Source of the DNA: Clostridiaceae bacterium
GTDB lineage: Bacteria; Bacillota; Clostridia; Saccharofermentanales; UBA5734
Direction: 5' to 3'
NCBI GenBank assembly: GCA_012523135.1
Contig: JAAYJD010000142.1
Location: 27,294 to 91,293, forward strand
Length of the DNA: 64,000 bases
Part shown: positions 38,320 to 49,073 of the stretch, one piece after another
How the letters are laid out: each line of letters begins with the position of its first letter
Numbering within the stretch: position 1 is the first letter of the stretch
Translations under genes and position numbers: made by a program
The notes under the pieces: generated by a model
Told to the model about the DNA's origin: nothing
The model's input: the letters and a program-made list of their open reading frames with translations, nothing else
The model's database searches: none

Positions 38320-39330
38320 ATGGGATTAGGTATGGATATCGGTATTGACCTGGGAACAGCGTCCGTCTTGATCTATGTCAAGGGTAAAGGAGTTGTCCTG
38401 CGCGAACCGTCCGTGGTTGCCATCAACTCGAAGACCGGCAAGGTGCTGGCCGTCGGCGAAAGCGCCAGCCTGATGCTGGGCAGAACGCCCGGCATTGTTG
38501 ACGCGATCCGCCCTCTGCGCGACGGCGTCATCTCTGACTTCAAGGTGACGGAAGTCATGCTCAAAGCCTTTATTGGCCGTGTCTGCAAAGGCGTGCTGGC
38601 CCGCTATTTCAAACCGACGATCGTGGTTTGCGTGCCCAGCGTGATCACGCCGGTCGAACAGAAGGCGGTTGAAGACGCCTGCAAGCATGCCGGGGCCAAG
38701 GATGTGTTCCTGATCCGCGAGCCGATCGCGGCGGCGATCGGGGCCGGCATTGACATCACCAAGGCCTGCGGCAGCATGATCGTCGACATCGGCGGCGGCA
38801 CCTGCGACATCGCGGTCATCTCGTTGTGCCAGCCGGTGGTTGATTTTTCGCTCAAGGTTGCGGGAGACCGGTTCGACGAGGCGATCGTCAAGCATGTCCG
38901 GCGCAAGCACAACATCCTGATCGGCGAACGGACCGCCGAAGAACTCAAGATCAACATCGGCTGCGCGTATCCCCGCGACGAGGAACTGACGATGGAGGTG
39001 CGCGGCCGCAACCTGATCACCGGCATGCCGGCGACGATAACGGTCACCTCGACCGAAATGCTCGAGGCGCTCGAAGAACCGGTCGCCCAGATCTTCGAAG
39101 CCGTCCATTCCGTGCTGGAGCGGACCCCGCCCGAGCTGATGGCCGACATCAGCCAGCGCGGCATCGTATTGACCGGAGGCGGTTCGCTGATCTACGGACT
39201 GGAGCGCATGCTGGCCGCCAAGATCGGGATCGATGTCGTCGTCGCCGACGACGCCATCTCCTGCGTAGCCATCGGGACAGGCAAGGCGCTGGGCATGATG
39301 GACAAATTCGCCGCCCTCAGCGACAGTTGA
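38320..39330 (+). CDS. mreB: rod shape-determining protein MreB
   Basis: It has the actin-fold motifs GIDLGTA and DIGGGT, plus VLTGGGS. Confidence 0.95.
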   Translation: MGLGMDIGIDLGTASVLIYVKGKGVVLREPSVVAINSKTGKVLAVGESASLMLGRTPGIVDAIRPLRDGVISDFKVTEVMLKAFIGRVCKGVLARYFKPTIVVCVPSVITPVEQKAVEDACKHAGAKDVFLIREPIAAAIGAGIDITKACGSMIVDIGGGTCDIAVISLCQPVVDFSLKVAGDRFDEAIVKHVRRKHNILIGERTAEELKINIGCAYPRDEELTMEVRGRNLITGMPATITVTSTEMLEALEEPVAQIFEAVHSVLERTPPELMADISQRGIVLTGGGSLIYGLERMLAAKIGIDVVVADDAISCVAIGTGKALGMMDKFAALSDS

Positions 39331-39358
39331 TTTTACTTTTAACGGCAATCCTATCCGC

Positions 39359-39392
39359 AAAAGCCGGCTGGTTTCAGCCGGCTTTTGCCTTT
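39359..39392 (+). terminator. intrinsic terminator after mreB
   Basis: AAAAGCCGGCT pairs with AGCCGGCTTTT (39359-39386), followed by GCCTTT. Confidence 0.8.
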
Positions 39393-39468
39393 ATGCCTAA
39401 ACGGCAGGTGCCGGCAGGGCTGATCTATTGTAATTTGCAAAATTATGTCTGAATCGACGGACGCTGTC

Positions 39469-39497
39469 TTGACGCCATTTTGCGCACGTTTTATAAT
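39469..39497 (+). promoter_or_regulatory. rho promoter
   Basis: TTGACG at 39469-39474, a 17-nt spacer, then TATAAT at 39492-39497. It leaves a pyrimidine-rich leader of about 140 nt. Confidence 0.6.
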
Positions 39498-39645
39498 TAA
39501 GTTAATTCCTGATGACAATTTCTGTCTGCCACACGTCGTCTTATTCTGATCTGACAAACCTTCGGTCAAATTGCTCGTGTGTTTATGGATAGTCTGTCAA
39601 TCCCAGCATTTAAGCTGCTTCAGGCAGCTCATACGAGGTGATACC

Positions 39646-41772
39646 ATGCCATCAATTAAAATGGCCGGCAAGAGCAAGGAAGATCTTGTGACCATTGCCC
39701 AAATCGCCGGCCTGCTGACCAGGTCAAAGGCCCAGCGCATGACCAAGGACAAGCTGATTCAGTTCCTTGAGCAGGAAAACGAGCGTGCCGCTGGATTGCC
39801 GGCCGGCAAGACGGAGCCGGCCGCCGAGAGCAAAACGGCCGAGCCTGAAAGCGAACCTGCGGCCGCGCAGGCAAGCGTGCCGGAAAAGCCGGAGACGCGC
39901 AGCCGGCGCAAGGCACCTGGCCGGAAACCGGCAAAAAAGGCCGGTCAGCCCGACAGCCAGCAGCTGACCCTGGACCAGGCTGTCCAGCCGTCCCCCGAGC
40001 CGGCTCCTGAACCTGAAAAGAAAAAGGCGGTCCCGCGACGGAAAAAGCCTGCCGCCAAAAAAGCGCAGCCTGAACATACCGCAGCCCAGGAAGCGCCAGC
40101 TGAACCGGTTGCCGAAGCGGTTCCTCAACCGGCCCCCGAACCGGTTCCCGCGCCGGCTCCAGCGCCTGCGGTTATGACTGACCCGCACACCGGTGACGAA
40201 GCTTCGCCGGAAGGCGCGGAAGCCGCCTCAGAAAAGGAAGAGTCGGCTGCGCAGCGTCTGGTGTCAGCACCTCGCGATGGACGCCGCTCCAGGCCCGGGC
40301 CGGCCCGGCCGATGACCCGCATACCGCGTACCCGCCCCCAGGAGCAGCTTGTCCGGCCGGAGAAACCGGCAAGCGAACCCGCTGAAAAACCTGAGCCGCA
40401 GCCTGACCCGGAAGAAAAGATTCAAGCTGAGCCACAGGCGGCCGAGTCCGCGGAGCAGCAAACGGAAAAAACCGACTCGCCGGCCGATCAGGCCCGCAAA
40501 CCTGCGCCGGATAGCACGGATGTCCAGGGCGGTGTTCTGGAGATCATGCCGGACGGCTACGGCTTCTTGCGCAAGGACAACTATTTGCAGGGCAACAAGG
40601 ACATCTATGTGCCGCCGCAATACATCCGCCGTTTCGGCCTGCGCCCGGGTGATTTCGTCACCGGTCCGGTCCGTCTGCAGCGGGAGAATGACCGCTACCA
40701 GGCCCTGCTCTATATCAAGGATGTCAACGGCATGCCGCCGGAGAAAATGATTCGCCGGCCCCATTTCGACCGCTTGACGCCGATTTATCCGGACGAACGG
40801 TTTATCCTTGAAACGACCCGCAACGAACTGTCGACCCGCATCATCGACCTGGTCGCACCGATCGGCAAAGGCCAGCGCGGCATGATCGTCTCGCCGCCTA
40901 AAGCCGGCAAGACCATCCTGCTGCAAAAGATAGCCAATGCCGTCAGCATCAACAACCCCGACACCAAGCTGATCGTCCTCCTGATCGATGAGCGTCCGGA
41001 AGAAGTGACGGACATGCAGCGCTCGATCAACGGCGAGGTGGTTTACTCGACATTTGACAAAACCCCTGAAAACCATACCAAGGTGGTCGAACTGGTTCTC
41101 GAGCGGGCGATGCGCCTGGTCGAGCTGAAACAGGACGTCATGATCCTGCTCGACAGCATGACGCGATTGGCCAGGGCCTACAACCTGACGATCAATCCGA
41201 CCGGACGGACGCTGTCCGGCGGGCTTGATCCGGGTGCCCTGTACGGGCCGAAGCGCTTTTTCGGCGCGGCCCGCAACATCGAGAACGGCGGCAGCCTGAC
41301 GATTATCGCCACCTCCCTGATCGAAACCGGTTCGCGCATGGACGAGGTCATTTTCGAAGAGTTCAAGGGGACGGGCAACATGGAGGTCTATCTGGACCGC
41401 AAGCTGTCCGAGAAGCGCATTTTCCCGGCCATCGACATCAACAAGTCCGGTACCCGCCGCGAGGAACTGCTGATGAACACCCGCGAGCTCGATGCGGTCT
41501 GGACGATCCGCAAGGCGTTTGGGCAGCTGGACACGTCAGCCGTCACGGAGGCGATCATCAACCTGCTCCTGAAAACGAAAAACAACGAGCACTTTATCTC
41601 GTCGGTGAACGTCTCGTTCAATGACAAGAATGTCTTCGAGGCGATGCGCGGCAACCGCCCCGGCCAGACACAGGGCGGCAACAGCAATCCCGGGGGCGGC
41701 GGATCCTACAACACCACCGGCTATAACAGCAACTACCGCCGCTATGGCACGGCCAGTAACGGTGACGATTGA
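39646..41772 (+). CDS. rho: transcription termination factor Rho with a long low-complexity N-terminal insertion
   Basis: A Rho_N helix pair is followed by about 250 aa of P/A/E/K-rich sequence. Then come the CSD-like [14 protein letters not shown], Walker A PPKAGKT and the C-terminal RecA fold. Confidence 0.95.
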   Translation: MPSIKMAGKSKEDLVTIAQIAGLLTRSKAQRMTKDKLIQFLEQENERAAGLPAGKTEPAAESKTAEPESEPAAAQASVPEKPETRSRRKAPGRKPAKKAGQPDSQQLTLDQAVQPSPEPAPEPEKKKAVPRRKKPAAKKAQPEHTAAQEAPAEPVAEAVPQPAPEPVPAPAPAPAVMTDPHTGDEASPEGAEAASEKEESAAQRLVSAPRDGRRSRPGPARPMTRIPRTRPQEQLVRPEKPASEPAEKPEPQPDPEEKIQAEPQAAESAEQQTEKTDSPADQARKPAPDSTDVQGGVLEIMPDGYGFLRKDNYLQGNKDIYVPPQYIRRFGLRPGDFVTGPVRLQRENDRYQALLYIKDVNGMPPEKMIRRPHFDRLTPIYPDERFILETTRNELSTRIIDLVAPIGKGQRGMIVSPPKAGKTILLQKIANAVSINNPDTKLIVLLIDERPEEVTDMQRSINGEVVYSTFDKTPENHTKVVELVLERAMRLVELKQDVMILLDSMTRLARAYNLTINPTGRTLSGGLDPGALYGPKRFFGAARNIENGGSLTIIATSLIETGSRMDEVIFEEFKGTGNMEVYLDRKLSEKRIFPAIDINKSGTRREELLMNTRELDAVWTIRKAFGQLDTSAVTEAIINLLLKTKNNEHFISSVNVSFNDKNVFEAMRGNRPGQTQGGNSNPGGGGSYNTTGYNSNYRRYGTASNGDD

Positions 41773-41797
41773 CAAGGCGTGAAAAGTGTAATAGAAT
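41769..41797 (+). promoter_or_regulatory. rpmE promoter
   Basis: TTGACA at 41769-41774, a 17-nt spacer, then TAGAAT at 41792-41797. Confidence 0.55.
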
Positions 41798-41886
41798 CGA
41801 CTCCGCAATGTCTGATTCTGGTGCGGCATACGTGTCGGGGCGCAAAGCGAGGATACGCGCCGCATCTGTAGAGAGGTGAAACGAAC

Positions 41887-42087
41887 ATGAAGGAAGGTAT
41901 CCATCCTAAATATGGCAAAGCCGTGGTCAAGTGTGCCTGCGGCGAGACCTTTGAGACTGGATCGATCAAGCAGAACCTCAGCGTGGATATCTGCTCCAAG
42001 TGTCACCCGTTTTTTACGGGCCGCCAGAAGCTGGTTGACACCGGCGGGCGGGTTGACAAGTTCAAAAAGCGCATGGAACAGAAATAA
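41887..42087 (+). CDS. rpmE: 50S ribosomal protein L31 (Cys-containing, type A)
   Basis: MKEGIHPKY...CACG...[10 protein letters not shown]. Confidence 0.95.
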   Translation: MKEGIHPKYGKAVVKCACGETFETGSIKQNLSVDICSKCHPFFTGRQKLVDTGGRVDKFKKRMEQK

Positions 42088-42098
42088 GCTGCTGCCGG

Positions 42099-42132
42099 GG
42101 GGAGGTTTGGTGAAAGTCAGACCTCCTTTTTG
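42099..42132 (+). terminator. intrinsic terminator after rpmE
   Basis: GGAGGT at 42101-42106 pairs with ACCTCC at 42121-42126, followed by TTTTT. Confidence 0.65.
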
Positions 42133-42159
42133 CATCAGCAGGCATGACGAGGGGTTGCG

Positions 42160-43164
42160 ATGAAAAAGAATGAAATCGATCAACAGGATCCAGAAGCCAC
42201 TTCGTGCCGGCGCAAGACGACGATCGGCGGCCAGGCCCTGATCGAAGGCCTGATGATGATCGGGCCGGAGAAAAAGGCGATGGCGGTGCGGCTTGCCGAC
42301 GGAACCATCGCGGTCGAGGCGATGCCGATGGTCGCGTTCAGCGGACTGGCCAACTGGCCGTTTGTGCGCGGCGGCATCCGGTTGTTCCGGCAGCTGGTCA
42401 GCGGGACCAAGGCTCTGCTGCGCTCCGCGGAGCTGGCGGACGACGAAACGCAGCCGGAGCAAAGCCCAGAGGCCAAACCAGGTAAAATCGGCCAGCGCAT
42501 CGACGCGTTTCTCGGCCGGCATCCCCAGCTGATGCTTTACGGATCGGCGACGGTCGGTATTTTGTTTTCTGTCGCGCTGTTCATCCTGCTGCCCAACTTG
42601 CTGACCTCCGGCATCAGCCAGCTGACCGGACTGGGCCGGGAAGGCGCAAGTCGCGGCACGACGGTCCTGCTGAACCTGATCGAGGGCCTGATCCGGATCG
42701 GTCTGTTTATCGGCTACCTGGCGCTGGCCAACCGGATGAAAGAGATCCAGCGCGTCTGGATGTACCACGGCGCGGAGCACAAGACCATTGCCTGTTACGA
42801 AGCCCAGCAGCCAATGACGGTTGATAACGCACGCGCTTTCAGCCGTTTCCATCCCCGCTGCGGCACGGCTTTCCTGTTTTTGGTTATCTTGATCAGCATC
42901 ATCATCTTCACGCTGGTCGGCTGGTGGGGCCGTTGGCTGAACCTGCTGATCCGATTTGCCCTGGTACCGCTGGTTGCCGGCATCGCCTACGAGATCATCC
43001 GCCTGGCCGGCCGGTATGACAACGCCCTGACCCGCGCCATTTCCACCCCAGGCCTCTGGCTGCAGCGCTTGACCACGGCTGAGCCCGACGACAGCATGTT
43101 GGAAGTCGCCATCGCCGCGCTGGATGCCGTCAGGCCCATGCGGATCGACAGCGACCGCTGGTGA
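42160..43164 (+). CDS. DUF1385 (YqhQ-like) membrane protein
   Basis: It has GGQALIEGLMMIGP and the YHGAEHK motif. Confidence 0.8.
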   Translation: MKKNEIDQQDPEATSCRRKTTIGGQALIEGLMMIGPEKKAMAVRLADGTIAVEAMPMVAFSGLANWPFVRGGIRLFRQLVSGTKALLRSAELADDETQPEQSPEAKPGKIGQRIDAFLGRHPQLMLYGSATVGILFSVALFILLPNLLTSGISQLTGLGREGASRGTTVLLNLIEGLIRIGLFIGYLALANRMKEIQRVWMYHGAEHKTIACYEAQQPMTVDNARAFSRFHPRCGTAFLFLVILISIIIFTLVGWWGRWLNLLIRFALVPLVAGIAYEIIRLAGRYDNALTRAISTPGLWLQRLTTAEPDDSMLEVAIAALDAVRPMRIDSDRW

Positions 43165-44048
43165 GTTCCCGGGAAGACGTGGCGACCATCAGGTCCATTC
43201 GCCGCGAATTAGCTGAACAGCTGGCCTTGGCCGGGCTGGCCGAGGCGCAGCACGAAGCGCTTTTGATCGTGGCGGGAACGCTGGCCTGGCCGGTTTCCCG
43301 GCTGTTGGCCGAACCTGAACACCGGGTATCGCTGCAACAGGCCGAACAGCTGCGCCGGCGGGCGGTACGCCGCGCCGGACACGAACCGCTTGCCTACATC
43401 CTGGGCCAGACCGCGTTTGGCGGCCTGGATTTTGTTGTCGGGCCCGGAACGCTCGTGCCGCGCCCGGACAGCGAGGTGCTGGTTGAGACAGCCCGCCGCC
43501 TGTTGGCCGAGCGGGGCAGCCGAGGCGAAGTCCGGCTGCTTGACACCTGTACCGGTTCCGGCGCCATCGGCATCTGCCTGGCCTGGCAGCTGGACCAGGA
43601 CGGCTATCGGGTCCGGCTCAGCCTGGTCGACCGCGAGGCCGACGCGCTGGCCTGGGCGCGCAGAAACAGCCGTTTGCTGCCTGAACGCGTCGCGCTGCGG
43701 GTGATCCAGGCGGATCTCTTTCCCGGAGACGAAGACCCTTATGACCTGGTTACAGCCAATCCGCCCTATATCCCCAGCGGCCAGATCGATCACCTGATGC
43801 CCGAAGTCAGCGTCCATGAACCGCGGATGGCCCTGGACGGCGGTCCGGACGGCCTGGCGTTCTACCGGCGCCTGGCCGGCCAGGCACCGGCGCATCTTCG
43901 CCGCGACGGGTTCCTGGTTCTCGAGCACGGTTACGACCAGGCTGACGCCATTTCTGCTATACTGTCAGCACAAGGTTTTGCCGTCCGTCCGGCGGTGCTT
44001 GATTTTGGCGGACATTTACGCGTCACCGCCGGACAGGCGGTACGGTGA
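43161..44048 (+). CDS. prmC: release-factor glutamine N5-methyltransferase
   Basis: It has LDTCTGSGAIG and NPPY (VTANPPYIP), and overlaps the previous stop. Confidence 0.9.
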   Translation: MSSREDVATIRSIRRELAEQLALAGLAEAQHEALLIVAGTLAWPVSRLLAEPEHRVSLQQAEQLRRRAVRRAGHEPLAYILGQTAFGGLDFVVGPGTLVPRPDSEVLVETARRLLAERGSRGEVRLLDTCTGSGAIGICLAWQLDQDGYRVRLSLVDREADALAWARRNSRLLPERVALRVIQADLFPGDEDPYDLVTANPPYIPSGQIDHLMPEVSVHEPRMALDGGPDGLAFYRRLAGQAPAHLRRDGFLVLEHGYDQADAISAILSAQGFAVRPAVLDFGGHLRVTAGQAVR

Positions 44049-44060
44049 GGAGGACTTTCC

Positions 44061-44405
44061 ATGCCAGGGCGTTTTCACCTGTATCCTTTCCAGACCGGTG
44101 AAATCCTGCGGATGAAAAAGCAGCACCCCTGCGGCAGCTTTCTCTGGCAGGTTGCGCGCACAGGGGCCGAGATAACGCTCAAGTGCCTGACCTGCGGACG
44201 TGTTGTCCAGTTGGCGCGAGCCAAGCTGGAAAAAGCCGTCAAGGCGGTCCAGGACGAACCGGCGCCATCTGGGGCGGCAGCCGAAAAATTGTCCGCGACC
44301 AGGACCGCGCAGCCAGCCGGCAAGGTGGTCCGGCTGCATGCTGCTCCGCCGCACTTGCCGACAGACCGAAAAAAGGAGCGTGACCGTGATGCCGAACGCA
44401 CTTGA
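44061..44405 (+). CDS. DUF951 family protein with about 45-aa C-terminal extension
   Basis: The core is GEILRMKKQHPCGSFLWQVARTGAEITLKCLTCGR. The tail is low-complexity and overlaps the next gene's start. Confidence 0.7.
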   Translation: MPGRFHLYPFQTGEILRMKKQHPCGSFLWQVARTGAEITLKCLTCGRVVQLARAKLEKAVKAVQDEPAPSGAAAEKLSATRTAQPAGKVVRLHAAPPHLPTDRKKERDRDAERT

Positions 44406-44997
44406 ACCGCTGCTGGACTGGCTGGAGCGCCTGGAAGGCAGCCAGATGGCCGACTGGCCGATGCTGCCGGATATCGGGCTCTACATGGACCAGGTTCAGA
44501 CATACATCGACCGCCAGCTGGTCTTGTACAGCAAAGACGAGCAGGACCGGCTGCTGACAGCCGCGATGATCAACAACTACATCAAGGACGACCTGATCCC
44601 GCGCGCCGAAGGCAAGAAATACTATCCTGTCCATCTGGCTTTGCTGATGATCATCGCCACCCTCAAACCGGTCCTGTCGATGCAGGACCTGAACCGGTTG
44701 CTGGACGGCTGCCGCGCTCCGGGCGACGCAGCCCGGCTCTACCCGTATTTCCTGCAGGTCCACGATCACTGCCTGCAGACCAGCACGTCCGAAGTGCGGG
44801 ACAACCTGAGCCGGCTGCAAGCCCAGGACCTGAGCGGGCAGGAGCAGCGCACGGCGCTGCGCAAGCTGGCTCTCGAGCTGAGTGTGGAGGCGAGGCTGCG
44901 CGTGCTGGTCGTGGAAAAGCTGCTCGGGGTTCTGGACCGGCTGGCGGCCGCCGATGAGAAGGCGGAACCGGCTGCGGAAGGAAAACGTAAAAAATAA
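44389..44997 (+). CDS. DUF1836 domain protein
   Basis: The start is trimmed to MPNALEPLL behind an AGGAG. It has MINNYIKDDLIP...KKYY and HLALLMII blocks. Confidence 0.7.
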   Translation: MPNALEPLLDWLERLEGSQMADWPMLPDIGLYMDQVQTYIDRQLVLYSKDEQDRLLTAAMINNYIKDDLIPRAEGKKYYPVHLALLMIIATLKPVLSMQDLNRLLDGCRAPGDAARLYPYFLQVHDHCLQTSTSEVRDNLSRLQAQDLSGQEQRTALRKLALELSVEARLRVLVVEKLLGVLDRLAAADEKAEPAAEGKRKK

Positions 44998-45024
44998 TAA
45001 AACAGAGGAGTAGACCCGCTTGCC

Positions 45025-46098
45025 ATGTTCGAGCAATTGAAGGTTCTGTCGAACCGACTCGATGAACTGAATATCCTGCTGGCCGACCCTGCCGTCATCG
45101 CGGACCAGGGCCGTTACCTGCGTCTGGTCCAGGAACATGCCGACCTGGAACCGGTTGTGCACGATTACCAGGCATGGATTGATCTTTGCACGGCGATCGA
45201 CCAGCATCGCCGCCTGCTCACCGATTCAGACGACCAGGAGTTCAGGGAACTGGTTCGCGACGAGCTGTCTATGCAGGACGCGCAGCTGCGTGAACTGGAA
45301 GACCGCCTGAACGAAGCGGTCAGCCCCAAGGACCCCAATGATGCGCGCAATGTCGTCATGGAGATCCGGGCCGGCGCCGGCGGTGATGAAGCGGCCCTGT
45401 TCGCCGCGGTGCTCTACCGCATGTACAGCCTGTACGCGGAAAGCAAGGGCTGGCATGTCCAGCTGGTCGACGTCCATGAGACGGAGATCGGCGGCTTTAA
45501 GGAAGTGGTGTTTCTGGTTGAGGGGCAGGGCGCCTATTCGCGCCTGCGCTTCGAAAGCGGCGTGCATCGCGTGCAGCGCGTGCCGGTCACGGAGTCCGGC
45601 GGCCGCATTCACACCTCGACCGTAACGGTCGCCGTGCTCCCGGAGGCAGATGATGTCGAGATCGAGATCAACCCCAACGATTTGGCGATCGACACGTTCA
45701 GAGCGTCGGGCGCCGGCGGCCAGCACGTCAACAAGACCGATTCGGCCATCCGCATCACCCACAAGCCGACCGGCATTGTGGTGACCTGCCAGGACCAGCG
45801 CTCGCAGTACAAGAACAAGGACCAGGCGATGGCAGTGCTCAAGGCCCGGCTGCTGGAACGCGAGCAATCTTATCAGACCGGGTCGATCGCCGATGACCGG
45901 CGCAGCCAGGTGGGCACGGGCGACCGCAGCGAACGGATCAGGACCTACAACTACCACCAGGGGCGGGTCACGGACCACCGCATCGGGCTGACGCTCTATC
46001 GGCTGGAAAGCGTCCTGTCCGGCGATATCGATGAAATCATCCAGGCTCTGATGACAGAAGCTAAAAGCCAGCAGCGCCAGGGCGAGGCCAGACCATGA
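45025..46098 (+). CDS. prfA: peptide chain release factor 1
   Basis: It has the PVT tripeptide context ([14 protein letters not shown]) and GGQ ([13 protein letters not shown]). Confidence 0.95.
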   Translation: MFEQLKVLSNRLDELNILLADPAVIADQGRYLRLVQEHADLEPVVHDYQAWIDLCTAIDQHRRLLTDSDDQEFRELVRDELSMQDAQLRELEDRLNEAVSPKDPNDARNVVMEIRAGAGGDEAALFAAVLYRMYSLYAESKGWHVQLVDVHETEIGGFKEVVFLVEGQGAYSRLRFESGVHRVQRVPVTESGGRIHTSTVTVAVLPEADDVEIEINPNDLAIDTFRASGAGGQHVNKTDSAIRITHKPTGIVVTCQDQRSQYKNKDQAMAVLKARLLEREQSYQTGSIADDRRSQVGTGDRSERIRTYNYHQGRVTDHRIGLTLYRLESVLSGDIDEIIQALMTEAKSQQRQGEARP

Positions 46099-47639
46099 GC
46101 ACGGGAAAAAAAGGACTCCAGGTGATCCGCGTCGATCCCGAACGGATCGAGGACGAACAGCTGCTCCCTGCGGCCAAGGCTCTGCGGCACGGCCAGCTGG
46201 TGGCCTTTCCGACCGAAACGGTCTATGGACTGGGCGCCAATGCCAACGACCCGGCGGCGGTCGCCCGCATCTTCGCGGTCAAGGGCAGGCCGCCGGACAA
46301 TCCCCTGATCGTCCACCTGGCCGATCCCGACCAGTTGAGCAGCGTGGCGCGGGATATCCCGCCGCTGGCCCTGCGGCTGCTGGACGCTTTTGCACCGGGC
46401 CCGCTGACACTCGTCCTGCCCCGCGCGGCCACGGTCCCCGACATTGTCACGGCCGGCCTGGATACGGTGGCGGTTCGCTTTCCGGCCCACCCTGTCGCCC
46501 GTCGGCTGCTCCAGCTGGCCCGGGTGCCGGTCGCCGCCCCTTCGGCCAACCGCTCCGGCTTGCCCAGCCCGACACGGGCCTGGCATGTGCTGGAGGATCT
46601 CGGCGATCGCATCGCGTTCCTGATCGACGGCGGTCCCTGCCAGTACGGGCTCGAATCGACGGTTCTCGACCTGAGCACGGGACGCCCGGTTATTTTGCGG
46701 CCGGGCAGCATCACGGCGGCTGACATCGCCGCCGTTGCCGGCTTGCCGGTGCCAACGGAGCCAACGGCAGACGATGCCGACGCCCCCCGGTCGCCTGGCA
46801 TGAAATACCGCCATTACGCGCCCAGGGCTCGCGTCCTCGTTTTCCAGCCGCCCGCGTCGCCGGGAGAGCGCGAGGCGCTGGCCGGCCAGATCCTCACCTG
46901 GACCGGGCGGGGCAAGCGGGCCGGCTTGTTTGCCTGCCGGGCAAGCCTTGACGGGCTGGGAACGGACTGCATCCGCCTGGATGATCCTGCGAAAGCCGTG
47001 ACGCCGCTGCCGCCCGGTACCTGCGTCAGCCTGGCCTATGGACCGGTCCCTGACCCGGTCGCGGCCAGCCGCCGCCTGTTTGACGGGTTGCGCCTGCTCG
47101 ATCACCTGGCCTGCGACATCATCTTTGCCGAAGGCCTGCCGGAAGACGGGGTTGGCCTGGCTTACATGAACCGCCTGCGCAAGGCCTCAAGCCCGGCAGC
47201 TCCGGTTCTTTTTGTCTGCGCGGGCAATACCTGCCGCAGTCCGATGGCCGCCGCCCTCTACAACCTGCTGCGCGAGCCGTCGGCTGCCCCGGGGGTATCT
47301 GCCGGCCTGGCGGCCTATCCCGGCGAGCCGGCCTCGGACGGTGCCCGGATCGCCTTGCAGCAAGACTACCAGATCAGCCTGGCGTCGCATCGCGCGCGCC
47401 GCCTGACCGACGACCTGATGGACGAAGCCGGTCACATTCTGACCATGACGGGCTTGCAAAAAGAGGCCCTTCAGGCCGCCAGGCCGGACCTGGCGGACCG
47501 CATCCAGACGCTCGGCGAGGCGGCCGGCCGGCCCGAAGCGGACATCCCCGACCCGTTCGACGGCAGCATCCTGCACTACCAGCAGACCGCTGCTAAACTG
47601 GAACAGCTGATCCGGGCATTTCTGGAAAAAGGCGGATAA
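46095..47639 (+). CDS. L-threonylcarbamoyladenylate synthase (Sua5/YwlC) fused to an LMW phosphatase (YwlE-like)
   Basis: The YrdC domain has [15 protein letters not shown] and SANRSG. A Sua5 C-domain follows, and from about 47205 come [18 protein letters not shown] and DPFDG. Confidence 0.9.
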   Translation: MSTGKKGLQVIRVDPERIEDEQLLPAAKALRHGQLVAFPTETVYGLGANANDPAAVARIFAVKGRPPDNPLIVHLADPDQLSSVARDIPPLALRLLDAFAPGPLTLVLPRAATVPDIVTAGLDTVAVRFPAHPVARRLLQLARVPVAAPSANRSGLPSPTRAWHVLEDLGDRIAFLIDGGPCQYGLESTVLDLSTGRPVILRPGSITAADIAAVAGLPVPTEPTADDADAPRSPGMKYRHYAPRARVLVFQPPASPGEREALAGQILTWTGRGKRAGLFACRASLDGLGTDCIRLDDPAKAVTPLPPGTCVSLAYGPVPDPVAASRRLFDGLRLLDHLACDIIFAEGLPEDGVGLAYMNRLRKASSPAAPVLFVCAGNTCRSPMAAALYNLLREPSAAPGVSAGLAAYPGEPASDGARIALQQDYQISLASHRARRLTDDLMDEAGHILTMTGLQKEALQAARPDLADRIQTLGEAAGRPEADIPDPFDGSILHYQQTAAKLEQLIRAFLEKGG

Positions 47640-47742
47640 ATGGTCTGCAGCCCGATGACAAAGGCGCCATCGTCCGGCAGAATGGAGCTGGACGACCTGC
47701 TTTGAGCCGCTTGCCCGACTCGCCGCGACCCCGGATTTTGGC

Positions 47743-47771
47743 TTGACGGAAACCAATCGTCATGCTATAGT
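47743..47771 (+). promoter_or_regulatory. rpsF operon promoter
   Basis: TTGACG at 47743-47748, a 17-nt spacer, then TATAGT at 47766-47771. It leaves a structured leader of about 75 nt. Confidence 0.55.
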
Positions 47772-47853
47772 TTTCTGTGCTGTGTCTCTACACAGCTGAT
47801 TAATCCTCGCTCTGCCAGCAGCAGAGCCGCAAGTCCAGGAGGAGGTGATACGA

Positions 47854-48141
47854 TTGGCCAGAAAATACCAAGTCATCTACATTCTGAATCCCGCCATGGG
47901 TGAAGAGGCGATCCAAGCGACGTCTGAAAAGATCGAGGCGCTTGTTGCAGCTTCCGCTACGGTGGAGAAGGTCGATGTCTGGGGCAAGCGCAGGCTCGCT
48001 TATGAAATCAATGACCAGAAAGAGGGACATTATGTCCTGATTGATTTCTGTGCGGACACCGAGTTCCCCAAAGAGCTTGAGCGCGTGCTCAAGATAACGG
48101 AAGGCGTCCTGCGGTACCTCGTCGTCCGCACAGACGACTGA
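47854..48141 (+). CDS. rpsF: 30S ribosomal protein S6
   Basis: (M)ARKYQVIYILNP...WGKRRLAYEI. The TTG start at 47854 lies behind an AGGAGGAGG. Confidence 0.9.
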   Translation: MARKYQVIYILNPAMGEEAIQATSEKIEALVAASATVEKVDVWGKRRLAYEINDQKEGHYVLIDFCADTEFPKELERVLKITEGVLRYLVVRTDD

Positions 48142-48167
48142 ACAGACAGTCAGAAAGGCAAAGTGTT

Positions 48168-48599
48168 ATGAACAAAGCAATTTTGATGGGCCGATTGACA
48201 CGTGATCCTGAGCTGCGCACGACGGCGAGCCAGATTCCGGTGTGTTCGTTCACGCTGGCCGTGGATCGCCGCTTCAAGAATGCGAGCGGTGAGCGGCAGG
48301 CGGATTTTATTCCGATTGTCACCTGGCGGCAGCAGGCGGAGTTTTGCGCCAAGTATTTCCGCAAGGGTTCGCGGATGGCCGTTGTCGGCACCATTCAGAC
48401 CAGAAGCTGGGATGATACGGAAGGCAAGCGTCATTCCGTCACGGAAGTGATCGCGGATGAAGTCTACTTCACGGAATCCAAGCGCAGCAGCGACAGCGGC
48501 GAGCCGGCCGGCCAGACAAACGCCCAGCCCGCCAATACGGGCGGCGACGGGTTCTTCCCGGGCTCAGACGACGATACCACACTGCCTTTTGATATCTGA
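48168..48599 (+). CDS. ssb: single-stranded DNA-binding protein
   Basis: MNKAILMGRLTRDPELR..., an OB fold, and an acidic tail ending DDDTTLPFDI. Confidence 0.95.
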   Translation: MNKAILMGRLTRDPELRTTASQIPVCSFTLAVDRRFKNASGERQADFIPIVTWRQQAEFCAKYFRKGSRMAVVGTIQTRSWDDTEGKRHSVTEVIADEVYFTESKRSSDSGEPAGQTNAQPANTGGDGFFPGSDDDTTLPFDI

Positions 48600-48634
48600 T
48601 CTGCTGACCTTACTTTACGAAAGGAGATAATCCC

Positions 48635-48913
48635 ATGGCAGATATGAGACGTGGCGGCGGCCGGGACGGAGACCGCGATGGTTCCCGCCCGATGCGTCAA
48701 AGACGTTCGCGGCGCAAGGTCTGTACGTTCTGTGCCGATAAGATTGAGCTTATTGAGTTCACGGACACCGGCAGACTGCGCAAATTCATTTCCGAACGCG
48801 GTAAGATCCTGCCCAAGCGGATGTCCGGCAACTGTGCCCGGCATCAGCGTGAGCTGACCATCGCGATCAAGCGGGCCAGGCATATTGCCCTGTTGCCCTT
48901 TTCCGGCGAATAA
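48635..48913 (+). CDS. rpsR: 30S ribosomal protein S18
   Basis: ...RRKVCTFC......I.F.D...[28 protein letters not shown]. Confidence 0.95.
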   Translation: MADMRRGGGRDGDRDGSRPMRQRRSRRKVCTFCADKIELIEFTDTGRLRKFISERGKILPKRMSGNCARHQRELTIAIKRARHIALLPFSGE

Positions 48914-48936
48914 TCCGGATGTGCCCCGAAGTCCAG

Positions 48937-48977
48937 CCGCGGATTTTCTCCTCGAGAATCCGCGGTTTTGCTTTTTT
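48937..48977 (+). terminator. intrinsic terminator after rpsR
   Basis: CCGCGGATT pairs with AATCCGCGG (48937-48965), followed by TTTTGCTTTTTT. Confidence 0.8.
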
Positions 48978-49073
48978 AAAGCGGGCCCGGCACTGCCGGC
49001 AAGACGCGTTATATGTTACAATACGAAGACATGAACAGGACGGACGAGGGTCCGCAGACAGGAGGGACGCAGC

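Noticed and set aside
38326-39360. Long antisense ORFs opposite well-recognised genes. Examples: 38326-39360 opposite mreB, 48867-50243 opposite rplI/dnaB, 50909-52438 opposite tilS, 53091-54374 opposite ftsH, 41536-42852, 30741-32177, 15699-16544, 25811-26449 and 45996-47105.
   Set aside because: Their translations are Arg/Ala/Gly/Pro/Gln-rich with no recognisable motifs, while the opposite strand encodes textbook conserved proteins. Open antisense frames are expected in DNA of about 65 % GC.
39351-39569. A 72-aa minus-strand ORF in the mreB-rho intergenic region.
   Set aside because: It overlaps the mreB terminator and the rho promoter and leader, has no RBS, and shows no recognisable features.
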